Below, piece by piece: positions 37,072 through 46,350 of a stretch of 58,063 nucleotides of DNA (the first letter of the stretch is position 1; every line of letters begins with the position of its first letter). The translations under genes were made by a program, and so were the position numbers. The stretch is from a virus (lineage: Duplodnaviria; Caudoviricetes), in IMG/VR virus record IMGVR_UViG_3300013094_000055, positions 1 through 58,063 of that record; one strand, 5' to 3'. The notes under the pieces are model-generated. The model was not told where the DNA came from and ran no database searches. It saw only the letters and a list, made by a program, of their open reading frames with translations.

Positions 37072-37960
37072 TTTGTGAAAGACTCACCCCAAGCTCAAAT
37101 GTTCCATTAGTATTAGATATGTTTGAAGTGGTATCTGTAGAGTATAAACGCTTCTCATAGACATAATCTTTAGCATAGTATCCCGCAGTATTAGCGTCAG
37201 AGAATGCGGTGACAGTGTTTCCACTGCTTAAGGTAACGCTTTGAGATAAACTACTGCTTGTTTCAGTTGAGTAACTAAACTTGTACTCGGTATCAGGACT
37301 ATTGTTTTTATAATATCCGCTAGAGTTACTTGACAGTCCTGTGCTTGACGTCATATTGGTTGCCGTAGTTGCGGACACACTTGAAGACGTGTCTGTTGAA
37401 AAAACATATTTTTGAATTACGTTACTTCCGCCGCTACCATTATACCCAGGAGTTAAGTATGCACTTGTAGACCGTCTAGTCATATTTCCCCCGTATTGGT
37501 TGTAACCAGTTGAGCCCCAAGGATACGTTGAAGTATTGGTAGTAGTGTCTGTAGAAAAACTTATTTTAATTACTGGCATAATAGTGCTGGTACCTGATAT
37601 TGGGTAACCTCCTGCCTGAAACCCATTTGCATAAGAAGCGAACTGGTACGAACCATCTGCTTGCTGAGTTTTACTAGAAAGAGTAGAGGCACTAAGGGTG
37701 GAAAAGGGCATCTTTTTAATAGAGTCTTGACCTGAGTTTGGTCCACCGGCCCAGTAACCTGCCACACCTAAGTTGCTGAATCCCGTTCCTGGATTTTGAC
37801 CAGGAGGATTGCTTGAAACGGAACTGTTGCTTACTGTAGCTGCTGTATCTGCCGCGTATGAGTATTGGGAAAACGTACCGCCTTGGGCTATGGAAAACCC
37901 ATATCGTGGAAGAAGGTGCGCAGATTTAGAGGAGCTAATAACCCCAATAAACCAACTCAC
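37064..37960 (-). CDS. Beta-propeller (Kelch-like) fibre-tip protein
   Basis: About six repeats of GY..GG...I.K..FSTDT. Confidence 0.7.
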   Translation of the reverse strand: MSWFIGVISSSKSAHLLPRYGFSIAQGGTFSQYSYAADTAATVSNSSVSSNPPGQNPGTGFSNLGVAGYWAGGPNSGQDSIKKMPFSTLSASTLSSKTQQADGSYQFASYANGFQAGGYPISGTSTIMPVIKISFSTDTTTNTSTYPWGSTGYNQYGGNMTRRSTSAYLTPGYNGSGGSNVIQKYVFSTDTSSSVSATTATNMTSSTGLSSNSSGYYKNNSPDTEYKFSYSTETSSSLSQSVTLSSGNTVTAFSDANTAGYYAKDYVYEKRLYSTDTTSNISNTNGTFELGVSLSQNA

Positions 37961-38649
37961 AATATATCACCTACAACTGTCCAGCTATTTGCTGCTGTTT
38001 TTATAAGGCTAGCTGAGCTATATCGAGTTCTAATAGTTGGCGCCGACGCAGTTATCGCGTTTGATACGACTGTTGTTGTTCCGGGCGTTGTTGCTTGAAT
38101 TGTTGTTTGCCCTGATCCAGTCTGAATAACTGTAATAAACGCTCCAACAGAGAACGTAGCAGAGGCATCTGTTGGTATGTAAAGAGTGTTTGATGAAGAG
38201 CTTGTCATAGAGATTACTGCTTTTGAGTCAGAAGCGACAAGCGTGTAAGAGGTACCGCTTTGGGCGTTTACAGAAAACACGCCTCCATCAGCTCCAGTTG
38301 GACCTGTTACAGTAGAAGCCGCTCCAGTAGGACCAGTTGCTCCCGTTGGTCCTGTAGGACCTGTTGGGCCGGCTGCTCCAGCTCCAATCTCAACCCATTG
38401 AGTACCGTAGTAAATAAACTCCGAACCAGTGTTGGTGTTGAACCATGCTTGACCTTGAACAGGGTTTGCAGGTTGAGTTGCTGAAGCGGTATACAAGTTA
38501 GGTGCAGATGAGCCAGTTGGTCCCGTAGGCCCAGTAAAAATCTGAGCCGACGAGTACGTGTTCCACTTGCTACCATCCCATTGGAAGGTAGTGTTTCCAG
38601 CTACAAAGAGTTGGTTAAGTGTTGGGGACGCTGGGAATGAGATAGCCAT
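37957..38649 (-). CDS. Collagen-linker fibre adaptor
   Basis: MAISFPASP...FQWDGSKW, two GPT runs flanking a GQAWFNT...WVEI module. Confidence 0.75.
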   Translation of the reverse strand: MAISFPASPTLNQLFVAGNTTFQWDGSKWNTYSSAQIFTGPTGPTGSSAPNLYTASATQPANPVQGQAWFNTNTGSEFIYYGTQWVEIGAGAAGPTGPTGPTGATGPTGAASTVTGPTGADGGVFSVNAQSGTSYTLVASDSKAVISMTSSSSNTLYIPTDASATFSVGAFITVIQTGSGQTTIQATTPGTTTVVSNAITASAPTIRTRYSSASLIKTAANSWTVVGDIL

Positions 38650-38650
38650 A

Positions 38651-41600
38651 TTATGCCTGCGATTCTGACCAAGACATACGACCAGTGATTCCGTAAGGCT
38701 GTGCTGCGCCGATACCAGTGGTATCGATTACCTTTGCGGCCAAGGTCAGGATGTCTGGACCATTTGGATAAGTGAAGTCACCGCCAAGGATGCTGTTACC
38801 CATATCAGTGATTCCAGAGAGTGGGAAGGCGTTAGTGTTAGACAAACGACGACCCGTAGTCTGGTCAACCGAACCACCCGATGCACGGAAGGAGTAGAGG
38901 TTAAGTCCTCCAGCAACCGTATCACCAGCGTTGTGTGCAATGTACTGGGAAAGCGAAGGCTTTCCTACAGTTTGCCACCCTACGTTACTCAAACCAGGGT
39001 TAAGAATCATGTAGATGGTTGAGTCGTGCGTAGTGGTGATTTCAGCTTCGTTCAAGTGCAGTTGCATACGGTTGATGATTTCACGAGCACCGAGTGCGCC
39101 TGTCAAGTTAGAGTCAACCGAAGGTGCAAGACGGATACTGATAAGAGGAAGCAAAGCAGTACCGATATTGATAGTGCTTACTGTAGCACCGGCAGTGATA
39201 ACTGTTCCTGAATTGAAGCTTGCATATGAGTTTGGATAGTAGTATCCAGACTGCAAATAGATATACACAAGAACAGAAGTTCCTGAGTACTCTGTATAGG
39301 CAACTGTCTGCGCTCCGTTAAGTTGGTTATCTGCTGAGTAGAGAGGTGTTCCTGATGGGAACTTGGACGCATCCTGTGCATTAAATGTAAGAACGTCATA
39401 CCAGTCATACGTACGCTTGTATGAGTTATACGAGTAGGTAACGGATGAGCTTGCTGTTAAAGTAGCTGTATTTGATTGACCGTTGGTAAACGTCAAGTTA
39501 TTTGACGGAGCAGTAATCAAGTAAGCCTTATCAGGGTCAAAGTTACCATCCATGATAACCGAGGTACCCCAGTGGTACAGGCTTGGTACGTACGTTGGGT
39601 TTGGACCATTTTCAATCTCATAACGAGCAGGCAAGTTACCTGAGCGCATGTAGGCAATATCCTGCAAGTTGTTATGGATAAACTCGTGAACATAACGGAT
39701 GTGTCCGTATTGGTCTTTGAAACCAAAACGAATCTTACCTGCGCCGTACCAAGAGTAATCTAGGTAAATCATCTGCATCTTGTTGATGTTAAGAACGTAA
39801 CCAGTAGGCCCAGTTCCATCACAGTGGTCGATGCTCCATTGGCTTTGAGGAACACGAGTATCAATAGTCTTGGAGATGATTACGTTTGAGGCAGAAACAC
39901 CCTTGTATTGTGGCTGTACAACAATCTGACTAGAGCTGTTTACAGCAACTACTCGATATGTTCCTCCACGAATAACAACCTTATCTCCGATAACAAGCTG
40001 TCCAGAGAAGTTGCTGTTTGTTCCGTTAACTACTCCGCTTCCGTTAACCACTTGCGCAGTTCCTGAAAGCTGTTGGGTAGAGGAGCGACGAACTGCCCAT
40101 AGAACAGAACCGTCGTACTCAAGGAAGAAACCGTTCTGGAAGTCATACATACCTACACGTGTGTACGACCCGCTGTACCCCTGAACGTTAAACTCAATCA
40201 AACCACTAGGGGTTGATGAGGTAGGCAGGGATGTGGTGTTAAACGTAAACGTGTATTGGTCGATAATTACGTTTACACTCTGAGCACCGTTGTACGCGTT
40301 ATCACCTGAACCCGATACCAAGATAGAGTTTCCGGCAGACAAGCGGTGTGGGTAACGGGTGGTTGCTATAGCAACATATCCAGAGAATGTCAACGTGATG
40401 CTTGACAAGGTTACAGAGTTTGTCAGAACAATCTGAGTAGAAGATGTGACTGACTGAACATACGTTCCGGTAGGGACACCTGTTCCTGTTACTTTTTGTC
40501 CAGGATAGATGCTGGTGTTGGAAGAAGCAAGAGTGACTGTTGCTGAAGCTGAAGCCGTTCCGACAGCAGTTGTTGTTGTTGTTGTGGATAGGTTGAGGGT
40601 GTTAAAACTGACTGGAGGGTTGAAGTTAATACCAGCAGACGTCTGAATACCCTTACCAGGTTGGTAACGGAAGTACTTACGAGTCTGACGAACTGTTTGA
40701 GAGTTCGGAGCCGTACCAGCGGTAAGCTGAATACCGCCATCGTAAGGGCGGTGAATAGCGAAACCATCTGGGCGTACGTAGAACTTTGTAGAGAAGAAGT
40801 AGTTTGCACCGCTCTGCGTAAAACCTACAGCACCAGTAATAATAAGATTCTGGTCATCTGTGATACTCGCTACTTGGTAGTAGTATAGAGTTCCAGGGGC
40901 TCCTGCAGAACCATTTTGTTTAACAATAAAGGTGTCGCCTACCTTAAAGTAACGGCGAAACAGGGTGTTAGAATCTCCAACAATAAGGTTGCTTCCAGCA
41001 GTAACAGTAACTGTTCCAGCAGCAACGCTTGTTCCAGCAACTAGGTTGTACTGAATTAAGTGGGTTCCAGTACCTGCCGAGATGCTAATAAGCTGCTTAG
41101 AAGTAGCGTTTAGATAGCTAGTTGCGAAGCCAACATAGTGGTCATCTTGGATATATAGGTAGTATGTAGTTCCATTTGTTAGACCAGAGATGTTAGCGTT
41201 ACCGTTATTTAGGTAAGTAATCTTTGCGCCCATGCTGAAGTAATGGCCATTAGGAATCTTAATAAGGTTATTAGAAACCGTAGTGGCATCAGCGTTAATC
41301 GTGTCTACAGGTGCTTGGAATGGAAGCGCGAGAGTAAAACTGTTAGTAGATGGTGTGGATGTTACTGAATAAGTTCCATCTAGAGCACCAGCTAGACCAC
41401 TTTGCTTAAGGATAATGTTTGGTGTACCCGTGCTTGTGAACTGATAGTTAAACTGCTTATTTTGGTCTTGCAAGCCAAAGCGGTTAGCGTTGTAGAGTGT
41501 TATGTACGCAGGGTTCGCTGTGGTCAATGTTGGGTATGAAAACGATGACGCAAATGAAGACACAGCGTTTGTCATAAATGTGTACAGAGTTGACGGGCTA

Positions 41601-44242
41601 AATGACGCACCAGCCTGTAGGTTGAACACGGTATCGAACTTCAAATAGCGGTAGTTGTTACCTGAGTTGTTATATGGGTAAGAGTAACCAAAGTACGCAT
41701 CTTGGTAGGCATACCAGCTGTTGCCGCCAGCTCCTTGGTTATTCCAGCTGTTTTTCCAGAACACGCCTTGAACGTGAACAAAGCCTGGAACACCACTAAT
41801 TCCGTCACGAATCTGATAGCCGTAGCTGAGGTACCAGTCACCAGTAACGTTAATGTTGAAGTAGTTGCTGTAATAATCTGGGTAGTAAGCCCATGAAACA
41901 TAAGAATATAGACGAAAATCGTTGTAGGCTCCTGAGTTTTGAGCCGTGTATAGAACGCTATAGTGAGGAACTGATTGGTTTGAAGACCAAGGGGTACCTG
42001 CTTGGCTAAATCCTTCACCTTGAAGAGCGGTTCCCGCAGCGTGGTCGCTTGGAATAGCAGACCAGTTCCAGTTACTGCCGTAATTGCTTGTACCGAGGGA
42101 GGTCTGACCGTCGTACATGTAGTCGCCTTGGTAGTAGAACTGGTACATCGCACCTTGACCACTAGGGTTATTTGTATAAATAGGGTAAGCACTGTTCTGC
42201 TGACCATTAAGGGTAATGTTTGCAACAGAGGATGAGTTAGCTGTCAACTGAGCGTTAAGAGCGGCGTTCCAAATGTTCCAAGCAGTTCCTAGGTTTCCAC
42301 CAGAAAGAGATGGGTTGATGGTAATTGAGCCCGATTGAACAGATGGAAGGGCGGCTCCAGTTCCAGATACGGATAGATAAACTCGCTCTCCACCTGAGTA
42401 GCCGTGGTTCAAAGAGTAGATGGTGTTAGCTGTTGGGTTTGCTTGTGTACCCGTAAAGCTGTATGTTCCAGCTCCTTGAGAGAAGCGAATGGCAGCACCA
42501 CTGTTCGAGCTATAGCCGTAAGGGGCAGTATAGTTGTTACCGCTAGGGCTGTATAGAAGTTGGAAGCGGTTGGCGTTAACCACGTTGATAGTGGAGCTGA
42601 CGTTGTTAGTAAGATACGCATTTGGGTATGAGTAAGAGCCAAATGGGTCATACTGAATATATGGGAAAATCTGAGGAGCTGACCCAGAAGAAAGCGTGTA
42701 AGTTACGCTAGAGCCTTGAACTAACCCATGGTTAGGGTAGTAGAAAGTGTCGGCTTCAGCGTCATCTGTAAGGAACATAACAAAGACGTTACCGCTACCA
42801 AGGTAGTAAGAATAATAGCCGTAGTAATCTTGGTAAGAGTTGTCTCCGTAGCTGCGGATAACTCCGTCACCGTAAGACCATAGGTTATATGTTTGATAGG
42901 TTGAGTAAGAGTTCTTATAGCGGTCAAAGTTTTCAATGAAGTTCCACTCAGTCGGATAATTGTTCGACTCGTTCATAGTAAAGTTGCCGTTTTGGCTTGT
43001 GCTGTAGAACGGGTAGCTCACGCTTGATGGAAGGTAGTAGCCTGTTGGGCTGAACGTAATCTTGTAACGAGGACCTTGGTTACCTAGGCCGTACCAGTAA
43101 GAGCTGCCATTGTTTGGGTTAGTCGATGTGCTAGCAACACCGTTTCCGCTCTTCAAATCCCAACCAGAGCCCGAACCTGTCCACTCAGCAGTTGTGTAAA
43201 AATCTGTCTCATAGCTGTAACTATACTTGGTTAGATAGTACGCTTCATAGCAGAGGTGCAACTTATGTCGACCATAGTTGTATGTTCCAGCCCCTGTAAA
43301 GGTGATAGGAGACCCGTTAAACGATGAACTGAGTTGGAAGCCGGCGGTTGTTGGGTTCTGAACATAATAAACTTGGAAACGTTGCAGTCCACCAATTTGA
43401 GTATCTCCTGAAGAAGGGACATACACAAGCGTGTCGTTAGCCTTAAGGTTGCTGTTAGGCCAAAGAATACGACTTCCAGAAACGTCGACGTTTGTAGCGT
43501 TGAACTTAAAGAAATAAGTAGATGTGACTTGCTCAGTTTCAAATAGGCTACTAACAGCAGAGAATGTGGTTGTTAGTGTTTGACGAGAGTCAACATAAGG
43601 GTTTCCATCAGGCGCTGTTGCAGAGGTGCTTGTGATAGTAATCTGCTTTGTGCCAATGGTGTTTACAGCATAGAAGTTGGAGTTAACCGCAAATCCATGG
43701 ACTGATGGGGTTGTAATAAGAATGGTTGATGGGTTGTTTCCATCTGTAGTAACTCCAACAGATGGGTCATAAGGAACGTTAGAGCCAGCGTAGAACTGGC
43801 CCGGAGTAATAGACGTGTAGATAGTGCTAATATCGCCTGTGTAGGTAGAGTTATACGTGGCTTTGTATGTGAATGATGTTGAGTTCGGTACAGCTTGGAT
43901 TAGGAATTGACCCTCAGCAGTAATGTAGGCTAGGCCACGAACGTCGATAGGTGAGCCTTGAACTAAGCCGTGAGGTGCGTTAGTATTCACAACAATAACG
44001 TTAGAGCCAACGGTTGATTGAACCGAGGATACTCCGCTAAGGATTGAGTCAGAGTCGGATACATAGAAAGAAGGAATGTTGTTAGAAAGTTCGAGGGTTT
44101 CCCACTTAGTTGTCTGTAGACCATACTCAAAGTCGGTATCAATCATCGCCTGAGGCGTGGATACACGTAGCTTATGTACTGGATCTAGAAGCGCTTCTTC
44201 AGGAGTGAAGTTTGCACTAAAGTTGGACAAATATTGGGTCAT
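38651..44242 (-). CDS. Giant (1863 aa) multidomain virion/adhesin protein
   Basis: Ser/Thr/Tyr-rich beta protein; LRVSTPQ...RQTRKYFRYQPGKG...WYGAGKIRFG core with many inserted repeats. Confidence 0.75.
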   Translation of the reverse strand: MTQYLSNFSANFTPEEALLDPVHKLRVSTPQAMIDTDFEYGLQTTKWETLELSNNIPSFYVSDSDSILSGVSSVQSTVGSNVIVVNTNAPHGLVQGSPIDVRGLAYITAEGQFLIQAVPNSTSFTYKATYNSTYTGDISTIYTSITPGQFYAGSNVPYDPSVGVTTDGNNPSTILITTPSVHGFAVNSNFYAVNTIGTKQITITSTSATAPDGNPYVDSRQTLTTTFSAVSSLFETEQVTSTYFFKFNATNVDVSGSRILWPNSNLKANDTLVYVPSSGDTQIGGLQRFQVYYVQNPTTAGFQLSSSFNGSPITFTGAGTYNYGRHKLHLCYEAYYLTKYSYSYETDFYTTAEWTGSGSGWDLKSGNGVASTSTNPNNGSSYWYGLGNQGPRYKITFSPTGYYLPSSVSYPFYSTSQNGNFTMNESNNYPTEWNFIENFDRYKNSYSTYQTYNLWSYGDGVIRSYGDNSYQDYYGYYSYYLGSGNVFVMFLTDDAEADTFYYPNHGLVQGSSVTYTLSSGSAPQIFPYIQYDPFGSYSYPNAYLTNNVSSTINVVNANRFQLLYSPSGNNYTAPYGYSSNSGAAIRFSQGAGTYSFTGTQANPTANTIYSLNHGYSGGERVYLSVSGTGAALPSVQSGSITINPSLSGGNLGTAWNIWNAALNAQLTANSSSVANITLNGQQNSAYPIYTNNPSGQGAMYQFYYQGDYMYDGQTSLGTSNYGSNWNWSAIPSDHAAGTALQGEGFSQAGTPWSSNQSVPHYSVLYTAQNSGAYNDFRLYSYVSWAYYPDYYSNYFNINVTGDWYLSYGYQIRDGISGVPGFVHVQGVFWKNSWNNQGAGGNSWYAYQDAYFGYSYPYNNSGNNYRYLKFDTVFNLQAGASFSPSTLYTFMTNAVSSFASSFSYPTLTTANPAYITLYNANRFGLQDQNKQFNYQFTSTGTPNIILKQSGLAGALDGTYSVTSTPSTNSFTLALPFQAPVDTINADATTVSNNLIKIPNGHYFSMGAKITYLNNGNANISGLTNGTTYYLYIQDDHYVGFATSYLNATSKQLISISAGTGTHLIQYNLVAGTSVAAGTVTVTAGSNLIVGDSNTLFRRYFKVGDTFIVKQNGSAGAPGTLYYYQVASITDDQNLIITGAVGFTQSGANYFFSTKFYVRPDGFAIHRPYDGGIQLTAGTAPNSQTVRQTRKYFRYQPGKGIQTSAGINFNPPVSFNTLNLSTTTTTTAVGTASASATVTLASSNTSIYPGQKVTGTGVPTGTYVQSVTSSTQIVLTNSVTLSSITLTFSGYVAIATTRYPHRLSAGNSILVSGSGDNAYNGAQSVNVIIDQYTFTFNTTSLPTSSTPSGLIEFNVQGYSGSYTRVGMYDFQNGFFLEYDGSVLWAVRRSSTQQLSGTAQVVNGSGVVNGTNSNFSGQLVIGDKVVIRGGTYRVVAVNSSSQIVVQPQYKGVSASNVIISKTIDTRVPQSQWSIDHCDGTGPTGYVLNINKMQMIYLDYSWYGAGKIRFGFKDQYGHIRYVHEFIHNNLQDIAYMRSGNLPARYEIENGPNPTYVPSLYHWGTSVIMDGNFDPDKAYLITAPSNNLTFTNGQSNTATLTASSSVTYSYNSYKRTYDWYDVLTFNAQDASKFPSGTPLYSADNQLNGAQTVAYTEYSGTSVLVYIYLQSGYYYPNSYASFNSGTVITAGATVSTINIGTALLPLISIRLAPSVDSNLTGALGAREIINRMQLHLNEAEITTTHDSTIYMILNPGLSNVGWQTVGKPSLSQYIAHNAGDTVAGGLNLYSFRASGGSVDQTTGRRLSNTNAFPLSGITDMGNSILGGDFTYPNGPDILTLAAKVIDTTGIGAAQPYGITGRMSWSESQA

Positions 44243-45561
44243 TACATTACCTTCCAGCCATATGTGCTACTGATGTATGTGAGTACAATTGTAGCGTAGT
44301 TAACGTTTAAAACTAGGTTTTGTGACGCACCTGAGATATTGTTTGCCGAAGTAATCGTTAATGGATTAGCAACCCATGTTCCAAATACATCAACAAAAGT
44401 AACTGTGTTTCCTACTGATGGGGTTGACGGCAAAGTGACCGTAAACGAACCGGCAGTTGTGTTTGCAATGATTGCGTCATTATTACTTGCCGTGTACGCC
44501 GAGGTTTCTGTAACCCAGTTCTGGATACTTCCTCCACCGCCACCGCCAGATACCTCTACCCACGCACTTGAGTAGTAAATGTATAGAGCGTCTACAGCCG
44601 AGTCATACCAAAGCGCTCCCGCAGTTGTTGTTGCTGGAGCAGTATCTGAAATGTAGATATTTGAACCAGTAGCACCCGCAGGACCGGTTGGACCGGTAGC
44701 GCCTTGCGGACCCGTTGGTCCCGGCACTGTACTTACTGCACCCGTAGGTCCTGTTGGCCCAGTAGCACCGTTTTGGCCAGTCGCTCCAGTTGGACCAGTC
44801 GCTCCAATAGGGCCAGTCGGACCTGTTGGGCCTTGCGCCCCTGTAGGACCTGTCGCGCCTATCTGACCTTGGTTTCCAGCTAAAGAAACATTCCAAGTAC
44901 CAGAGACAGTTCCACTACCTGAAGAAGTGTCGACGTTTATAGATACAGACCATGTAGGGTTAGTGAATGTTATGCTGTTGATAACACCTTCAATGTACTT
45001 GGTTATATCTGTTTGTAGAGCAACGCGAACACGGTTACCTACTGCATATGCTCCAACACCAGGGTTTCCGTTATATAGGAACGTGACTCCTGTGTAACCA
45101 CTTGCAGGGAAACCAATTCCGCCAAAGTATGTTACGTTGGCATAACCAATACCAGTTGGACCTGTTGCTCCTGTTGGCCCAGTTGGACCTGTTGCTCCTG
45201 TTGGCCCAGTTGGACCTGTCGGTCCTTGAATTCCCTGAGGTCCTTGAAGACCAGTAGGGCCTGTGGCACCTGTCGGTCCAGTAGGGCCGGTGGCCCCTTG
45301 AGGACCTGTTGGCCCAGTTGCTCCCTGCGGACCAGTCGGTCCAGTAGAGCCTGTAGGACCAGTAGGTCCTTGCGGACCAGTAGGACCTGTTGGTCCGATA
45401 GGTCCTGATGAATAGGCTAATGCAGTCCATGTGTGAACGCCATCACCGACTTTGAACTTTCCTGTGTCAGTCTCAAGTCCAAGCTCACCAATAGCAAGAG
45501 TAGGGTTGGCAGACGTCCAGTTGGCGGCGGTATCACGCCTAAATTGGATTTGAATAGCCAT
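44242..45561 (-). CDS. Collagen-like fibre with Mtd-N-like N-terminus
   Basis: [11 protein letters not shown]...[17 protein letters not shown]; two long Gly-X-Y (GPT/GAT/GPQ) blocks. Confidence 0.85.
   Translation of the reverse strand: MAIQIQFRRDTAANWTSANPTLAIGELGLETDTGKFKVGDGVHTWTALAYSSGPIGPTGPTGPQGPTGPTGSTGPTGPQGATGPTGPQGATGPTGPTGATGPTGLQGPQGIQGPTGPTGPTGATGPTGPTGATGPTGIGYANVTYFGGIGFPASGYTGVTFLYNGNPGVGAYAVGNRVRVALQTDITKYIEGVINSITFTNPTWSVSINVDTSSGSGTVSGTWNVSLAGNQGQIGATGPTGAQGPTGPTGPIGATGPTGATGQNGATGPTGPTGAVSTVPGPTGPQGATGPTGPAGATGSNIYISDTAPATTTAGALWYDSAVDALYIYYSSAWVEVSGGGGGGSIQNWVTETSAYTASNNDAIIANTTAGSFTVTLPSTPSVGNTVTFVDVFGTWVANPLTITSANNISGASQNLVLNVNYATIVLTYISSTYGWKVM
45152..45219. repeat. 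27-bp tandem repeat (about 2.5 copies) in the collagen region
   Basis: CCAGTTGGACCTGTTGCTCCTGTTGGC twice exactly, plus a 14-nt partial copy. Confidence 0.9.
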
Positions 45562-45575
45562 GTTAGTATTCTACC

Positions 45576-46340
45576 TTATCCTGTCGCTGTGCCTGCGTTA
45601 ATAGAAGTAATTCCTCCATAAACTGAAGTAGCACTTCCGCCATCTAACTCAATAAGTGCGTATCCAGCAGCTCCTGTTGGGCCTGTTGCTCCGGTAGCTC
45701 CTGTTGGTCCAGTGCTTCCAGGACCTGTTGTTAGAAGTACCGCAGAGAAGTTAGTTCCTTCTCCTTCAGAGTTTCCATTTTGAAGAGACTGTGTTGTTAC
45801 TGAAGACCAAGCACTGCAGTCAATATAGTCAGTACTTCCGTTTAAATAAACGGCTCTTCCACCAGATATAAAGTAACCGTTACTGGGGTCCGGGGTTCTA
45901 ACAAGTATTAATTCAGCGGTACCGTTTTTACGAATCTGTACGGTGCTCTGGTTTGTTGTATTTAAGCTAGTCCACCACGTATTGATGCTTAGATAGTAGT
46001 ACCCAGCAATGTTTGGCTGAAAGCGGTGAGTAGTATTGTTAAACCAACTTTGAGGGTCAGCAAGTGATGTGAACGCAATAACTGTATCCGTAGAAGCAGA
46101 TGTTAAAGCTTGGTTAGTGGTTAAGACCGCCTCTACAACATAGTTAGATGGGGTTAACCCAGCGGTTGGTCCAGTAGGCCCTGTAGGACCTTGAGTACCT
46201 GTGCTTGATACCCAGCCAGCGGCTGTATAGACGCGAACAGCGCCAAGTGTAGTGTTGTAGTAAACGTCACCTATGTTGGCGTTACCAGGGTCACTGGCTT
46301 CACTAACAAGATTAAGAGGTGTTAGGTATTTACGCGACAC
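45576..46340 (-). CDS. Fibre protein: collagen / C1q-like domain / collagen
   Basis: GPT runs flank FQPNIAGYY...YLNGSTDYI; ends in ELDGG motif. Confidence 0.75.
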   Translation of the reverse strand: MSRKYLTPLNLVSEASDPGNANIGDVYYNTTLGAVRVYTAAGWVSSTGTQGPTGPTGPTAGLTPSNYVVEAVLTTNQALTSASTDTVIAFTSLADPQSWFNNTTHRFQPNIAGYYYLSINTWWTSLNTTNQSTVQIRKNGTAELILVRTPDPSNGYFISGGRAVYLNGSTDYIDCSAWSSVTTQSLQNGNSEGEGTNFSAVLLTTGPGSTGPTGATGATGPTGAAGYALIELDGGSATSVYGGITSINAGTATG

Positions 46341-46350
46341 CTAAGCCTCC

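Noticed and set aside
44660-45405. Repeats as a CRISPR array
   Set aside because: In-frame Gly-X-Y codon repeats without unique spacers.
44242-45561. Diversity-generating retroelement suggested by the Mtd-N-like domain
   Set aside because: No reverse transcriptase and no TR/VR repeat pair seen; Mtd-N is a generic fibre anchor.
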